A DNA stretch of 64,000 bases from an uncultured virus (IMG/VR IMGVR_UViG_3300047548_000908). Its lineage: Duplodnaviria > Heunggongvirae > Uroviricota > Caudoviricetes. Under the pieces are notes generated by a model that searched no databases, was not told where the DNA came from, and saw nothing but the letters and a program-made list of their open reading frames with translations. The DNA is taken from IMG/VR virus record IMGVR_UViG_3300047548_000908, positions 1-64,000 of that record; one strand, given 5' to 3'. Both the position numbers and the translations under genes were made by a program. This document shows, in pieces, positions 36,374 through 47,111 of the stretch (positions are counted from its first letter, which is position 1; each line of letters starts with the position of its first letter).

Positions 36374-36682
36374 ATGACTACAAAATCGGACATTAAAACT
36401 AGAATTAAGCCTAACCTAAGCATCACAGAACCTCCAATGTTCAAGGTTGTCTACATGAATGATGACAAAACTACAATGGATTACGTTATTGAAAGCTTAG
36501 TTAATTACTTCGACTATTCTTATGAAACAGCCGAAAATATTACGACTGGGATTCATGAAGAAGGTAGTGCAGTGGTAGCAGTTCTTCCGTATGAAATTGC
36601 AGAACAAAAAGGAATTGAGGTAACCATTGATGCTCGTAGCAAAGGTTACCCCTTAGTAGTAAGAATCGAACAAGACGCTTAA
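36374..36682 (+). CDS. clpS: Clp adaptor ClpS
   Basis: PPMFKVVYMNDDKTTMDYV, IHEEG, EIAEQK, YPL. Confidence 0.9.
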   Translation: MTTKSDIKTRIKPNLSITEPPMFKVVYMNDDKTTMDYVIESLVNYFDYSYETAENITTGIHEEGSAVVAVLPYEIAEQKGIEVTIDARSKGYPLVVRIEQDA

Positions 36683-37377
36683 TCTAACTCTATTCGCTTT
36701 GCCCAATATGGGTTTGCATTAAAACACCCATTGTTTACATACTTAACGCCATCGTCTCCGATGGCGTTTATCATTTTATCGTATGATCCAAACACCCAAG
36801 TAGAAACCTTATGTTCCGTATCGAAGGTTAAACTAAATGCAGGATACGGTGCTAAATCAGAAAGATCACCGTTGTCTTCAAGACAAACTCCTTTACTCGG
36901 TATACTACTAGTAACTACTATAATCTGTTCTACATCGTTATATAGTTGAAGTTTCTTTATAGTGTTGGTTAGGTATACCAAATCTTGAAAGTTTAGCATA
37001 CTTAAATTTAGGAGACTATCTTCATCCTCATTTACTACTACGTTTCCATACCAACCATTGCATCCTACAATCGCAATTCCATTTAGGATAGCTACGTTGT
37101 CATAAAGATATATCACGTTTTCTAGATTACTGCATATCTGTTCAATTGTCGTAATAGTTCCCATATGATTGAACAAATCTTTGTGCTCCAAAGAACCTTC
37201 AATGAAGAATACCTTGTTATAAACTTTACTTAACTTAGTCAGTACATCATCAACTATACTAAGGTCATTGCTTATATTTCCACATACTAAACAAAATAGA
37301 CTTGTTACTTTTCCGTCCCAATCAAATGAGTTGTCGGTTAAGTACAGGTCGCTAATAACATCGAATCCCAATTTCAT
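36679..37377 (-). CDS. Degenerate metallophosphoesterase-fold protein
   Basis: DVISDLY, GNIS, GSLEH, WVFG; metal ligands substituted. Confidence 0.6.
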   Translation of the reverse strand: MKLGFDVISDLYLTDNSFDWDGKVTSLFCLVCGNISNDLSIVDDVLTKLSKVYNKVFFIEGSLEHKDLFNHMGTITTIEQICSNLENVIYLYDNVAILNGIAIVGCNGWYGNVVVNEDEDSLLNLSMLNFQDLVYLTNTIKKLQLYNDVEQIIVVTSSIPSKGVCLEDNGDLSDLAPYPAFSLTFDTEHKVSTWVFGSYDKMINAIGDDGVKYVNNGCFNANPYWAKRIELD

Positions 37378-37607
37378 TTTTCGGTAGCTTTTGGTTTCTT
37401 TGGTGTTCTTGGCTTCATTGCTTTCGGCTTTGAAGGTTCAGGTTTAGTCGGTTGCTTCGCAACTGTGGTTCTTCTTTTTCTAGGAGGCTTACTTTCCGCT
37501 TCAACTGGGGAAGGTGCAGCTACAGGCGGTGGCTCGATCTTATAGGGTGCTAACTCATCCTGTGATTGCTCTTTTTTCTCGAAAAACTTCTTGATAAATT
37601 TAAACAT
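37374..37607 (-). CDS. Small Lys/Pro-rich protein
   Basis: SD AAGGAG; similar in style to 61272-61772. Confidence 0.65.
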   Translation of the reverse strand: MFKFIKKFFEKKEQSQDELAPYKIEPPPVAAPSPVEAESKPPRKRRTTVAKQPTKPEPSKPKAMKPRTPKKPKATEK

Positions 37608-37655
37608 GTTTTCTCCTTGTAAACTATTTATTTTTCGTTCCCTCTATATAAATAT

Positions 37656-38117
37656 TTGATGATCCAATCGATGAATTTGAAAGAAATAATGAGTTCTCCG
37701 TTGCCCCCTAAAACAGATCAATACAGAAGAAAGTATAGACCCGAGTACAAAGATATCTTTCATATGTTTGAACTGCTGAACCAAACCATATTCAATTCGG
37801 AACTCTCAACACCTAGTATACAACTAAGGACAAGATGTAGAGGATATTGGGGAATGTGCTTTGGTAATCAAAATTGTCAAATAACGCTGTCTGATAAATG
37901 GTTTTGTCCTCAATGGACTCTTATGATCCTCGCACATGAGTTATGTCACCAATATCAATATGAGATACTAGGACCAACGAAAGGGAAAAAAGATTTCATG
38001 AATCATGGCCCTACTTTCTTCTCGTTTAAAGAACGAATGCTTGTGCATAATATCCCTCTAAAAATAAGCTATTGCGCCAAAAAATGGTTTGAGCACCAGA
38101 ACTTTTTTAAAGTTTAA
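37656..38117 (+). CDS. SprT-like metalloprotease
   Basis: LAHELCH, HGPTF. Confidence 0.75.
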   Translation: MMIQSMNLKEIMSSPLPPKTDQYRRKYRPEYKDIFHMFELLNQTIFNSELSTPSIQLRTRCRGYWGMCFGNQNCQITLSDKWFCPQWTLMILAHELCHQYQYEILGPTKGKKDFMNHGPTFFSFKERMLVHNIPLKISYCAKKWFEHQNFFKV

Positions 38118-38137
38118 CTTTAGATAAATAGTTCACT

Positions 38138-39661
38138 ATGCGTGATTTAATGAATATTTTAGACCTGCTTGTTGAAAGCAAAGGAATGGCTAATAGAAAG
38201 CCAGGTGATGTCTTCAAGAACCCAGAGGGGAAACAATTAACGTTTAACAATATAGAATTCTATCCTGAAGGGGGAGGAAAATTTTCCCCTGAAGACATGG
38301 AAGAAGCGGTAAGTCAATTCTTAGATATAACTTGGGAAAACAACTTGACTGCTGGTATGGGAGGATTTGGTATTGCAAGTTTTACAGACGAGGATGGAAA
38401 TGAAGTTTTGTTTGGTAGATTCCTTCAAAAGATCAACCCATTAAAAACAGCCAATGCATTTCCTAACAAAGTCGGTGATTACAGTTTAGCGTCAAAGTCA
38501 GCAGTTAAATCACAATCTGGTTTAACTCCTCAGGATCTTTTGACTAATCGTATTGATTTAAGTATTGCTGATGTAATGAATCAACTTGCTGTCAGCAAAT
38601 TAGGAACTGATAGCCCTCTTTACTACGTTGCTCATCGTGTAGCATTGGGCGAAGAGCTTCCTTTGTCCTTCAATGCACCAGAAGAAGAAGAGGTCAGCTT
38701 TACTGCATTTAGGGACTATTTCTGTGAAATTCTTCAGCCCATTGCAATTTTAAACGGGCTAACTACTGGAAACGCTCAAGAAGCGATTGATCTATTTTTT
38801 GATGGGTCAGTAGAAGGTGCAACTATCTCATTCGACTCCTCAAAAACAGCAGGATTGAGTGATTCGGTTTTAGAGTTGCCTGATGGAAGGCAAATCAAGG
38901 TAAGTAGCAAGGGAGGAAAAGGAGCTACTGCTAGTGTTTCTAATATTCTCGACAGTATCGAAGAACTCAAGCTTACAGAGAGAGGAAATCGTCTACTTAA
39001 AAAGCATAGAGAGGTAATTGAACTTATCGAAGAAATAAAAAATCAGGGGCAGGCTAATTCTCCTTTATTTTTAGGAGTCAAGTTCAAAGTAATTAGTGAA
39101 GAAGAGGCAGAGATTGTCCGTTCTTTAAAAGGACAATCTCCAATAAACTTAGAGAACTTAGATAAGTTAAGGTTGCTTACTCCTAGGTTAAGGAAGTTAG
39201 CAAAAGAAAGGACGTTAAAAAATAACACCGATAATGTCTCTTTGTTTCATCACTTACTAGCTGCAATCGCCCATAAGGCGGTTCGTGAAGTAAATGAAAA
39301 CACTAACTTTAGTAAAGCTGCCGCCGAAATACTAAACAATAGTGCGCTAGTTCAAGTATATACCAAGGCCACTAAAAGCAAAGCTGAATGGACTTTGCAA
39401 AAGTTCGACGCAGTGTACCCTAGCAATAACATCAAGGGTGTTTACTTGACTGCGGATAAAACGCACTATAGCACTGGTATAAACGGGAATCTAACTTTCA
39501 AGATTGACAAAGGTTCTGACAAACCAGCAAACGTACCTAATAGTGATCCTGAAATATCTGAACCATCTGAGCCTTTAGCCGACATAGCTACCCGAATAGT
39601 TGACCCAATGTTAGGCAAACGGGAAAAATCAAAGTCGGTTGGTAGAGAAAAACGCAAGTAA
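38138..39661 (+). CDS. Large hypothetical late protein
   Basis: 507 aa after TAAATA; LSDS...IKVSSKGG may be PD-(D/E)xK-like. Confidence 0.65.
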   Translation: MRDLMNILDLLVESKGMANRKPGDVFKNPEGKQLTFNNIEFYPEGGGKFSPEDMEEAVSQFLDITWENNLTAGMGGFGIASFTDEDGNEVLFGRFLQKINPLKTANAFPNKVGDYSLASKSAVKSQSGLTPQDLLTNRIDLSIADVMNQLAVSKLGTDSPLYYVAHRVALGEELPLSFNAPEEEEVSFTAFRDYFCEILQPIAILNGLTTGNAQEAIDLFFDGSVEGATISFDSSKTAGLSDSVLELPDGRQIKVSSKGGKGATASVSNILDSIEELKLTERGNRLLKKHREVIELIEEIKNQGQANSPLFLGVKFKVISEEEAEIVRSLKGQSPINLENLDKLRLLTPRLRKLAKERTLKNNTDNVSLFHHLLAAIAHKAVREVNENTNFSKAAAEILNNSALVQVYTKATKSKAEWTLQKFDAVYPSNNIKGVYLTADKTHYSTGINGNLTFKIDKGSDKPANVPNSDPEISEPSEPLADIATRIVDPMLGKREKSKSVGREKRK

Positions 39662-39714
39662 TCTGTTGATCTCCTTGAAAACAACCTGTATAATATAGTT
39701 TTCAAGGAGATCTT

Positions 39715-40308
39715 ATGTCAAGTCTAGTACCTATCGTAGTCGAACAAACTTCCCGTGGTGAACGCAGTTATGACCTTTATTCAAGGTTAATGCGGGATCG
39801 TCTTATTATGTTAGAAGGTCCAATCGATGACCATATGGCTAACCTAATTGTTGCTCAACTGCTTTTTCTAGAAAGCGAAGATTCAACTAAGGACATCAAT
39901 TTATATATCAACTCGCCAGGTGGAGTAGTTACTGCGGGCATGGCAATTTATGACACTATGCAGTTCATCAAGCCCGATGTATCAACCATTGTGATCGGAC
40001 AAGCATGTTCGATGGGAAGTCTTTTAGCACAAGCAGGTGCAAAAGGCAAACGCTACGTTCTACCCAACTCTAGGACAATGATTCATCAGCCTAGTGGCGG
40101 CGCACGAGGTATGGCTAGTGACATCGAAATTTCATACAAGGAAATCATGAAGTTGAAAAAACTTTTAACTGAGATTTACGTTCAACACAACACGAAAGGT
40201 AAGTCCTTTGCAGAACTTGAACGAGATATGGATCGTGATTATTTCCTGTCAGCAGCCGAAGCAGTAGAATATGGACTAGCAGACGCCATTCTGGCAAAAA
40301 GAGTCTAA
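39715..40308 (+). CDS. clpP: ATP-dependent Clp protease proteolytic subunit
   Basis: [24 protein letters not shown]. Confidence 0.97.
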   Translation: MSSLVPIVVEQTSRGERSYDLYSRLMRDRLIMLEGPIDDHMANLIVAQLLFLESEDSTKDINLYINSPGGVVTAGMAIYDTMQFIKPDVSTIVIGQACSMGSLLAQAGAKGKRYVLPNSRTMIHQPSGGARGMASDIEISYKEIMKLKKLLTEIYVQHNTKGKSFAELERDMDRDYFLSAAEAVEYGLADAILAKRV

Positions 40309-40371
40309 ATTCGGTTGACAACAATTCCTATTTGTACTATACTGTAATCTACAGTTCGTAGGAGATCAATT

Positions 40372-40767
40372 TTGGGCACTAGAGCATTGGTTTATATTTA
40401 TTCGGATGAAGATAAACCTCGCCCATTAGTATGTATGTACTATCAGTACGATGGTTATCCATCTGGGCTAGGTGCGGACATTGCAAAGTTCCTTCAACCT
40501 ATCGATATCGTCAACGGATTTTCTCCTGGTGATGAGTCAGGTATCGTAGCTAATGGAATGGGATGCCTTGCTGCACAACTGATTGCACACCAAAAACAAG
40601 GGGTTGGCGGTGTCTATATCGTTCATTGCAATCCAGGATCAGATCATTGGCAAGACTTCGAATATCATATCTATAAAAAACGTGTCGAAGTAAAAAATCC
40701 CAAAAATCTGATGTTTTCGGGTAGCTGGGAGGACTTTCGTTATTTCTGTGAAGAGGATGATTCGTGA
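40372..40767 (+). CDS. Hypothetical protein
   Basis: TTG start with SD AGGAG; YDGYP, NGMGCLAAQL; promoter at 40315. Confidence 0.65.
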   Translation: MGTRALVYIYSDEDKPRPLVCMYYQYDGYPSGLGADIAKFLQPIDIVNGFSPGDESGIVANGMGCLAAQLIAHQKQGVGGVYIVHCNPGSDHWQDFEYHIYKKRVEVKNPKNLMFSGSWEDFRYFCEEDDS

Positions 40768-41147
40768 AGATTCCTACTGTTGATAGTCAAGTCAAAATCC
40801 GTGTTAGGTATTCGCAAGGTCCTAAGATGTTTCCCCCTCAACCCGACTTTATCGAGTACACTGGTAAAGTTGTCAAACCCTACAAATGGGTTAAAGCAGG
40901 CGAGTTCTGCATCACTGGTGATGCAGACTTTCCGATTCGTGTCATTGCAGTCGAAAACGTTACTGACCTGCAACTGATTAGTGGTTCTGCTACCGATGTT
41001 CCTGACGATGTTCAAGTGTTCAACGTCAAGGGGTCAAAGGGCGACAGTTATACTGTTACCCGCGCTAAAGGTTCGTATACTTGCACTTGTCAGGGCTTTC
41101 AATGGAGAAAGTCATGCAAGCACATTACGTCTGTGGCATCCAAATAG
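40764..41147 (+). CDS. SWIM zinc-finger protein
   Basis: CTCQGF...CKH. Confidence 0.75.
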   Translation: MKIPTVDSQVKIRVRYSQGPKMFPPQPDFIEYTGKVVKPYKWVKAGEFCITGDADFPIRVIAVENVTDLQLISGSATDVPDDVQVFNVKGSKGDSYTVTRAKGSYTCTCQGFQWRKSCKHITSVASK

Positions 41148-41224
41148 TTTGAAAATGATTCTCACTTTCTATATAATAGTATCACTCTACTGAGAAGTAG
41201 ACATTTATATAGAAAGGAATTTTT

Positions 41225-41473
41225 ATGAACAAACAACAACGTCTATTAGAAGCACTAACTTCGGGTGAAAAACTGACTGCAAAGCAAATTGCCGCACGAT
41301 TTAAAATTGCAAATCCTACTGCAACTATTAGTAATCTTAGGTACAGTGGCTATGCTATCGACACTAACCAATACACTGATTCAAAGGGTAGAATCACTAC
41401 AAAGTATGAATTGGTGACTCCTTCTCGTGAGCTAATTGCAGCAGGATATCGTGCATTAGCAGCTAGTCTCTAA
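41225..41473 (+). CDS. Winged HTH DNA-binding protein
   Basis: LTAKQIAARFKIANPTATISNLR. Confidence 0.65.
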   Translation: MNKQQRLLEALTSGEKLTAKQIAARFKIANPTATISNLRYSGYAIDTNQYTDSKGRITTKYELVTPSRELIAAGYRALAASL

Positions 41474-41509
41474 TAAATAGAGACATAGTTTTCCAAGGTT
41501 GAAACATTT

Positions 41510-42097
41510 ATGGATATTATCTTAGTTGGTTGTATTGTAGTTTCTTTTATCATTGGGTGGGTTCTTGGTGAACTATCCATCGTATATAGGTTTAAGGATG
41601 TATTTATCAAAGAGCTAGAACAAAAAACGGAAAAAGATCCATCAGATGTTTCAATCTACACACTTGAGCAAATGAACGATAACTACTTTCTTTATAACAA
41701 AGAAGGAACGTTCATTTGCCAAGCCAAAACCATGGAAGAACTGTCAGAACCGTTATCTAAAGTAACAAGTATTGCAGGAATCGTAGGACCTTCTGATAAA
41801 CTATTTTGGTTTGAGAACGGTTGTATCAAAGACGTTAGTCATCTAGCAAAGAGTAACTAAATGGACCCCTTTGTCTGGATGGTAAGAACATCAAAACCCA
41901 AGGTTGAGAAAACGATCTCAAGGGCAGAATACGATGAATTTTGTAGAGATTTCCTTTTCAACTTACTAAAAGGTGAAAAATTTGGAACTGCCTTTTCGAA
42001 AAGATTTGGAATTGAGGATGGGATATTGGATTTGGGGTTGTCTACAGAAGCTACAAAAGATCACATAAAATCAATGGGATATGTTAAGGATCTATGA
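41510..42097 (+). CDS. Two hypothetical proteins (41510-41860, 41861-42097)
   Basis: ORF track. Confidence 0.55.
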
Positions 42098-42612
42098 AAG
42101 AAAAGTTTATAAACCTATATATGTCTATCGCAGAGTTGACAAGTAAACTTAGTCATGCGGTTAGATTGCAAGTAGGTGCGGTAATTGTTAAAGATAACAG
42201 AATCATAAGCATTGGGTATAATGGGATGCCTGCAGGTTGGGATAACAATTGCGAATCGAAAGAAATATGCCTTTCAAAAGATTTGAATGGAAACTATTTT
42301 GCTGGGGCAAAAGAAGAATATCCTTTGGTTGAATATTCAGATGAGGATAACTCGCCTATTTTTAGATATCGGCTTAAGACCAAACCTGAAGTTCTCCACG
42401 CTGAACTAAACGCCATTGGAAAGCTGGCAAAATCTCACGAATCCGGAGAAGATGCAGATTTGTTTTGCACTCACGCACCTTGCATTGAATGTGCAAAGTT
42501 AATTCATGCCTCTGGCATTAAGCGTGTTTTTTATCGTAATCAATACAGAAGTACTGAGGGTTTGGATTTTCTTGCTAAAAGCAATGTAGAAGTCATTCAT
42601 CGTGCAGAATAA
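42094..42612 (+). CDS. dCMP deaminase
   Basis: GYNG, HAELNA, PCIEC. Confidence 0.9.
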   Translation: MKEKFINLYMSIAELTSKLSHAVRLQVGAVIVKDNRIISIGYNGMPAGWDNNCESKEICLSKDLNGNYFAGAKEEYPLVEYSDEDNSPIFRYRLKTKPEVLHAELNAIGKLAKSHESGEDADLFCTHAPCIECAKLIHASGIKRVFYRNQYRSTEGLDFLAKSNVEVIHRAE

Positions 42613-43029
42613 ACCATATCATACTAAGATTGACATAAAATATGGTGATCTTAAAAATGTTATGCAATGGTGCAAGGATAATTGCGCTAATGAATGGACG
42701 TTCAATGTAGAAGACTACGCTGGAGAAAAAGCTGGCACTTACGAATTTAGATTTGCATCTGAAAAAGACTACGTTTCTTTTTTAGTTTGGAAACGATAGC
42801 TTCAGGGATAAATTTTCATAACAAGTTCTAATGCTTTTTCCCTAGCAAAGTCAAGTATCATAAATATCATTATACATATGATAATTGCAGTTCGCATCAA
42901 AAACCATACGGAGATTAGGTGAAGAAATTTTTTAAATGTCACCCTTATACAACGCTTGAGTTTTGTGGGTAAATTACAATTCATTGTGTTGTATTTAATG
43001 ATTCTACTAAAAAGAACAAAGCACAATAT

Positions 43030-43200
43030 ATGCAAAAAACTACCTATGGTGTGATAACACAAGAAGACAGTAACGGTGACCTTTTGTTACCTATTCCTCC
43101 CATTTTGCTAGAACAACTAGGTTGGGTAGAAGGAGATGAAATTTCTATTGACATCGATGACAAAGGGCGTTATATTTTATCTAAGGTGACAGATAAATGA
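43030..43200 (+). CDS. AbrB/MazE-like small protein
   Basis: LPIPPILLEQLGWVEGDEI; paralog of the 32996 N-terminus. Confidence 0.6.
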   Translation: MQKTTYGVITQEDSNGDLLLPIPPILLEQLGWVEGDEISIDIDDKGRYILSKVTDK

Positions 43201-43604
43201 ATGATGAAGATGATCAATTGTATCTAGACTTAGATTTTTCAGACGATCTTGCGGACGACATGGATTCAATAAGTATACTAAATACGAGTTTGAGTACCGG
43301 GACATGGTCCATAACTGACACAACGTTATCTAATACTGGTAATTTCTCTATCTATTCAGATACCACATGGGATAGGTCTCCCTTGACAGTTAATGGGGAT
43401 TCTATATTCAATGGAGATGTAAGTATCAAAGGGAAATCCATAATGGAAACCCTTGAAAAGATCGAAGAACGATTGGGCATTCTAACCCCCAACGAAGAAC
43501 TTGAGTCTAGGTGGGAAGACTTGAGAAATCTAAGAAAGCAGTACCAAGAGTTAGAGAAAGAAATTTTAGAAAAGGAAAAAATATGGAAGGCTCTACAAAA
43601 ATGA
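43197..43604 (+). CDS. Hypothetical protein
   Basis: ORF track, coiled-coil C-terminus. Confidence 0.65.
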   Translation: MNDEDDQLYLDLDFSDDLADDMDSISILNTSLSTGTWSITDTTLSNTGNFSIYSDTTWDRSPLTVNGDSIFNGDVSIKGKSIMETLEKIEERLGILTPNEELESRWEDLRNLRKQYQELEKEILEKEKIWKALQK

Positions 43605-43616
43605 CTGGGATTTATA

Positions 43617-43832
43617 ATGGCTAAGGAAGAAGGTATCAAAGTTGATGGTAAAGTTATCGACGTTTTACCCAATGCAATGTTTCGTGTCACACTTGATACT
43701 GGATCAACGGTGATTGGATATATTTCAGGTAAAATGCGACAGCATGATATCAAGATACTATTAGGCGATACAGTTGAAGTAGAGTTTAGTCCATACGATA
43801 TGACCAAGGGCAGAATCACCCGACGAAGATGA
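43617..43832 (+). CDS. infA: Translation initiation factor IF-1
   Basis: [32 protein letters not shown]. Confidence 0.95.
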   Translation: MAKEEGIKVDGKVIDVLPNAMFRVTLDTGSTVIGYISGKMRQHDIKILLGDTVEVEFSPYDMTKGRITRRR

Positions 43833-43862
43833 GGTTAACGCATGATGAGATAAATACTCATT

Positions 43863-44417
43863 ATGCGTGAATTTATAGACTTACTTGAGGACAAAGCAAA
43901 GTCTCAAGACATAGAAATCATAAACCTTAACTTTACTGAAAACGAAGTTAAAGGTGTAATGAGTTCAGATACGCTAGACTTACACTATGGTAAGCTAGCC
44001 AAACGATATGCTCAACGGTTCAATGACGGGGAAGGCGACAGTGATTTCAATTATGCTGGCGCCTTCCTCCACAACCTTTTATTCACTCAGTATCGTGAAG
44101 TAAGAACTAACAACAAGCCCAATGGCCCAATGGAAGGCTTCATTAAGAAGCACTTTAAGAGTTGGGACGGGTTCAAAGAGCAGTTTGAAATAGAAGCCAT
44201 GCAGGTTCAAGGATCTGGATGGCTTTACCTTTCGTACAGCGGGGACATAAAGCAGATAAAAAACCATGAAGTTAGGGATGACATACTCATTCTAGTTGAC
44301 CTTTGGGAACACGCCTTCCTTCTTGACTACGGACCAGACAAGAAAAAATATATCAATGAATACTGGAAAATACTGAACTGGAACGTAGTTAACACGAGAT
44401 GGGGAAAGAGCCTATGA
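43863..44417 (+). CDS. Fe/Mn superoxide dismutase-like
   Basis: LHYGK, LHNL, GSGW, DLWEHAF. Confidence 0.8.
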   Translation: MREFIDLLEDKAKSQDIEIINLNFTENEVKGVMSSDTLDLHYGKLAKRYAQRFNDGEGDSDFNYAGAFLHNLLFTQYREVRTNNKPNGPMEGFIKKHFKSWDGFKEQFEIEAMQVQGSGWLYLSYSGDIKQIKNHEVRDDILILVDLWEHAFLLDYGPDKKKYINEYWKILNWNVVNTRWGKSL

Positions 44418-44977
44418 GAGCCAGAGAGTTTATAACAGAACTACAACTTCCAAAGAATAAATGGGAATTGTTGGTGTCTACATCAGCCAAACATGAAGCG
44501 GGGCATGAGCTAATCGATTTAGTCAAAACAGCATACGCAAATACACCACAAGGTAGTTTTGTCAATTCATTGAAGGATGTTATTCCAAGCGACTGGAATG
44601 TCATTGACTGGGACAAAGACCCCGACATTGACTCTGCTATATTTTATCGTATTAGCCGTCCTAACGAATCTTGGACAGGGTACAAAATACAAGGAATTGG
44701 CCACGACGGAGCAAGACCAAGCAAAGACAAGGCAATCAGCAAAATGACAGAGCTATTATCCAGGGATGGATGGTGGATAGAATCAAGTGATGCGTTGAGA
44801 CATATTTTTAAGAAGAACAACTTAGCACCTGTAACTGATGAAGATTTACTAAAACGATTGTTCTCAGATCCTAAGTTGAAAATGATCGATGTTGATACAT
44901 ATCGTCGCCAACTTGAAGGTGGAGTATATATCACTGAGACCGTATTTGGCAAACCTAAACTAAAAGGTAATATATGA
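44414..44977 (+). CDS. Hypothetical protein
   Basis: [10 protein letters not shown]-terminus. Confidence 0.65.
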   Translation: MRAREFITELQLPKNKWELLVSTSAKHEAGHELIDLVKTAYANTPQGSFVNSLKDVIPSDWNVIDWDKDPDIDSAIFYRISRPNESWTGYKIQGIGHDGARPSKDKAISKMTELLSRDGWWIESSDALRHIFKKNNLAPVTDEDLLKRLFSDPKLKMIDVDTYRRQLEGGVYITETVFGKPKLKGNI

Positions 44978-45567
44978 GATCGTATGAATTTATAGTAGAG
45001 AATGCAGTACCGGGGATAGATGGCCCTTTCAAAGTTACTAGTTTTGATCCAAAAACAAGGATGGTGAGATTAGAAAATCAATCAGCAATTCAATTAGCCG
45101 ATAACATAAAAGATGTACCAACTCCTGGTTATAACTATTCCTTTGTCATAAAGGGAAACCAAGCACTAAGAATGCTTCTGCTTACAGTAGACAACGTAAT
45201 TACTACTGGAAGAGAAATTCTATTGATCAAACGAAAAAAAGATCCTTTTGCAGGACATTGGGCGCTTCCTGGTGGATTCATAGATCCAGGTGAGTCTCCT
45301 GAGGAAGCCGCACATCGAGAACTACAAGAAGAAACAGGACTTACAGTAAATGCGAAAATGAAGTTTGTTGGCAGGTTCGATGAAGTCGGTCGAGATCCTA
45401 GAATGTCTAGCACTTGGAGTTATGCATTTACTGTTCAGATACCAAAAGAGGCAGTAGTCGCAGGAGATGACGCTAGTGAGGCAAAATGGATACCAATTAG
45501 TAGTATTTCTTCTTTGCCTATGGCGTTTGATCATAAGAAGATCATTCAGGCTGCCTTGCGTATTTGA
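44974..45567 (+). CDS. Nudix hydrolase
   Basis: [35 protein letters not shown]. Confidence 0.9.
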   Translation: MRSYEFIVENAVPGIDGPFKVTSFDPKTRMVRLENQSAIQLADNIKDVPTPGYNYSFVIKGNQALRMLLLTVDNVITTGREILLIKRKKDPFAGHWALPGGFIDPGESPEEAAHRELQEETGLTVNAKMKFVGRFDEVGRDPRMSSTWSYAFTVQIPKEAVVAGDDASEAKWIPISSISSLPMAFDHKKIIQAALRI

Positions 45568-45594
45568 GCTAAATAAAGATACAAGGGTTTTTAT

Positions 45595-46644
45595 ATGATC
45601 ACCGGTCAACAAGTTATAAGCATAGGGCAACCTAATCAGTCATCAAACAGTGATACGCTATTCAATGCATTCACTAAAATTAACAATAACTTTACCACGT
45701 TATTTACTAACGCACATCCTGCATTTTCATTTGAGAGTGGAAATGGAATATCCGCAGTTTTAAATGGAGATACTCTCACGATAACGAACACAGGCGTTTT
45801 GTCATTGGTTCAAGGTAGTGGAATTTCACTAGATCAAGCGAACGGAACGGTGACTATATCTGTGGTTGGTGATTCTAGTGGAAACATAATTGCAGGTGTA
45901 ACTAAAGTAGGTGTCAATTCTAACACCTTGAATGTCACTGGATCCCCGGTAATCAGTGAAGGGAACATCAATGTCAACTTGCCAGAGACAGGTGTAGTAG
46001 AGGCAACTTACACGGCACCTACTATCGTCGTTGATAAGTATGGTAGGATTCTATCTGCAACTAGTACAGAATCAGTAGGTACAGTGACATCGATCCAAGT
46101 GTCCGGCGGCGCTGGAATTGCAGTTGAGGGAAGTCCAGTCACCTCATCTGGAAATATAGTGATCACTAATACAGGGGTAACCAGGCTTAGACAAGGCACT
46201 GGGGTGGTATTGTCTGGTACGAGTGGAGAGGTAACTGTATCAATGGCAGTACCTACAATAGGTCTATATAGTAATTCAATGGCGATATTTTCTTCACCAG
46301 GCGCCAATACTATAACCTCAGATATCAATTTTCCAGTATACGGTGCAGCAACAGGAATAACAGCAAACGGAACAACTGCATCGACCGCACTTGAACTGAC
46401 AAAACATTTAAATATCGTATCTATTGTTTCTGCTACCAACAATGGAGTAAAACTTCCGGTGATGCCACCAGAGGGAGTAGGATTCTCAGTTAAGATAGTC
46501 AACACCTCTGCTAATGTACTGAGTGTCTACCCTCCTACTAGTCACTACATAAATGCGCTACCTATAAACAGTGGATTCCCGATGGCAGGCAATGCTAGAG
46601 TAGAATTCTCGTTTGCTGGCGCGAACAGGTGGTACACTTTTTAA
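45595..46644 (+). CDS. Virion structural protein (baseplate/fibre-like)
   Basis: DTLFNAFTKINNNF N-terminus, Gly/Thr/Val beta repeats, VDKYGRI. Confidence 0.65.
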   Translation: MITGQQVISIGQPNQSSNSDTLFNAFTKINNNFTTLFTNAHPAFSFESGNGISAVLNGDTLTITNTGVLSLVQGSGISLDQANGTVTISVVGDSSGNIIAGVTKVGVNSNTLNVTGSPVISEGNINVNLPETGVVEATYTAPTIVVDKYGRILSATSTESVGTVTSIQVSGGAGIAVEGSPVTSSGNIVITNTGVTRLRQGTGVVLSGTSGEVTVSMAVPTIGLYSNSMAIFSSPGANTITSDINFPVYGAATGITANGTTASTALELTKHLNIVSIVSATNNGVKLPVMPPEGVGFSVKIVNTSANVLSVYPPTSHYINALPINSGFPMAGNARVEFSFAGANRWYTF

Positions 46645-46652
46645 CCAAAAAT

Positions 46653-46674
46653 AAACCGCTCAAATGAGCGGTTT
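46653..46674. terminator. Bidirectional terminator at the strand switch
   Basis: AAACCGCTCA-AA-TGAGCGGTTT between convergent gene blocks. Confidence 0.75.
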
Positions 46675-46694
46675 GTATTTTGAGAGAGGTTGTT

Positions 46695-47111
46695 TTACAC
46701 GGCATCAGGTTCTGCTTCGGATTGTTCAGCCGCTACTGCGACCAGATCCTCAGCAGTTACATCTGCTTTTTTACCACGAGCTTTGATAGCATCAAGGCTG
46801 GGTTTCTCTTTTTTAGAGACTTTAACCTTCACCTCTTTGACTTTCTTTTCTTTCTTGGGAGAAGGTTCTCGATCGGCAATAGCGTCAGAGATGACAGCCT
46901 GATCGTCAGGAGATTGAAACATTTCGTGAGATTGGAGATACTTCAGTGCATCCAGTTTGGACATTGCGCTCGGAAGTTCGATAAGGTCGACCCGAGAAGC
47001 TTGCCCTTTCGTAAATTGCTTTACCCTGCGAATGAGATCGTCAGTAAAGCGGACTTTAGTAACTTCACCATGAGTAGTGATACCTGCGACTTTGAAAGTT
47101 TGATTAGCCAT
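46695..47111 (-). CDS. Hypothetical protein
   Basis: SD AAGGA; KVRFTDD. Confidence 0.7.
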   Translation of the reverse strand: MANQTFKVAGITTHGEVTKVRFTDDLIRRVKQFTKGQASRVDLIELPSAMSKLDALKYLQSHEMFQSPDDQAVISDAIADREPSPKKEKKVKEVKVKVSKKEKPSLDAIKARGKKADVTAEDLVAVAAEQSEAEPDAV

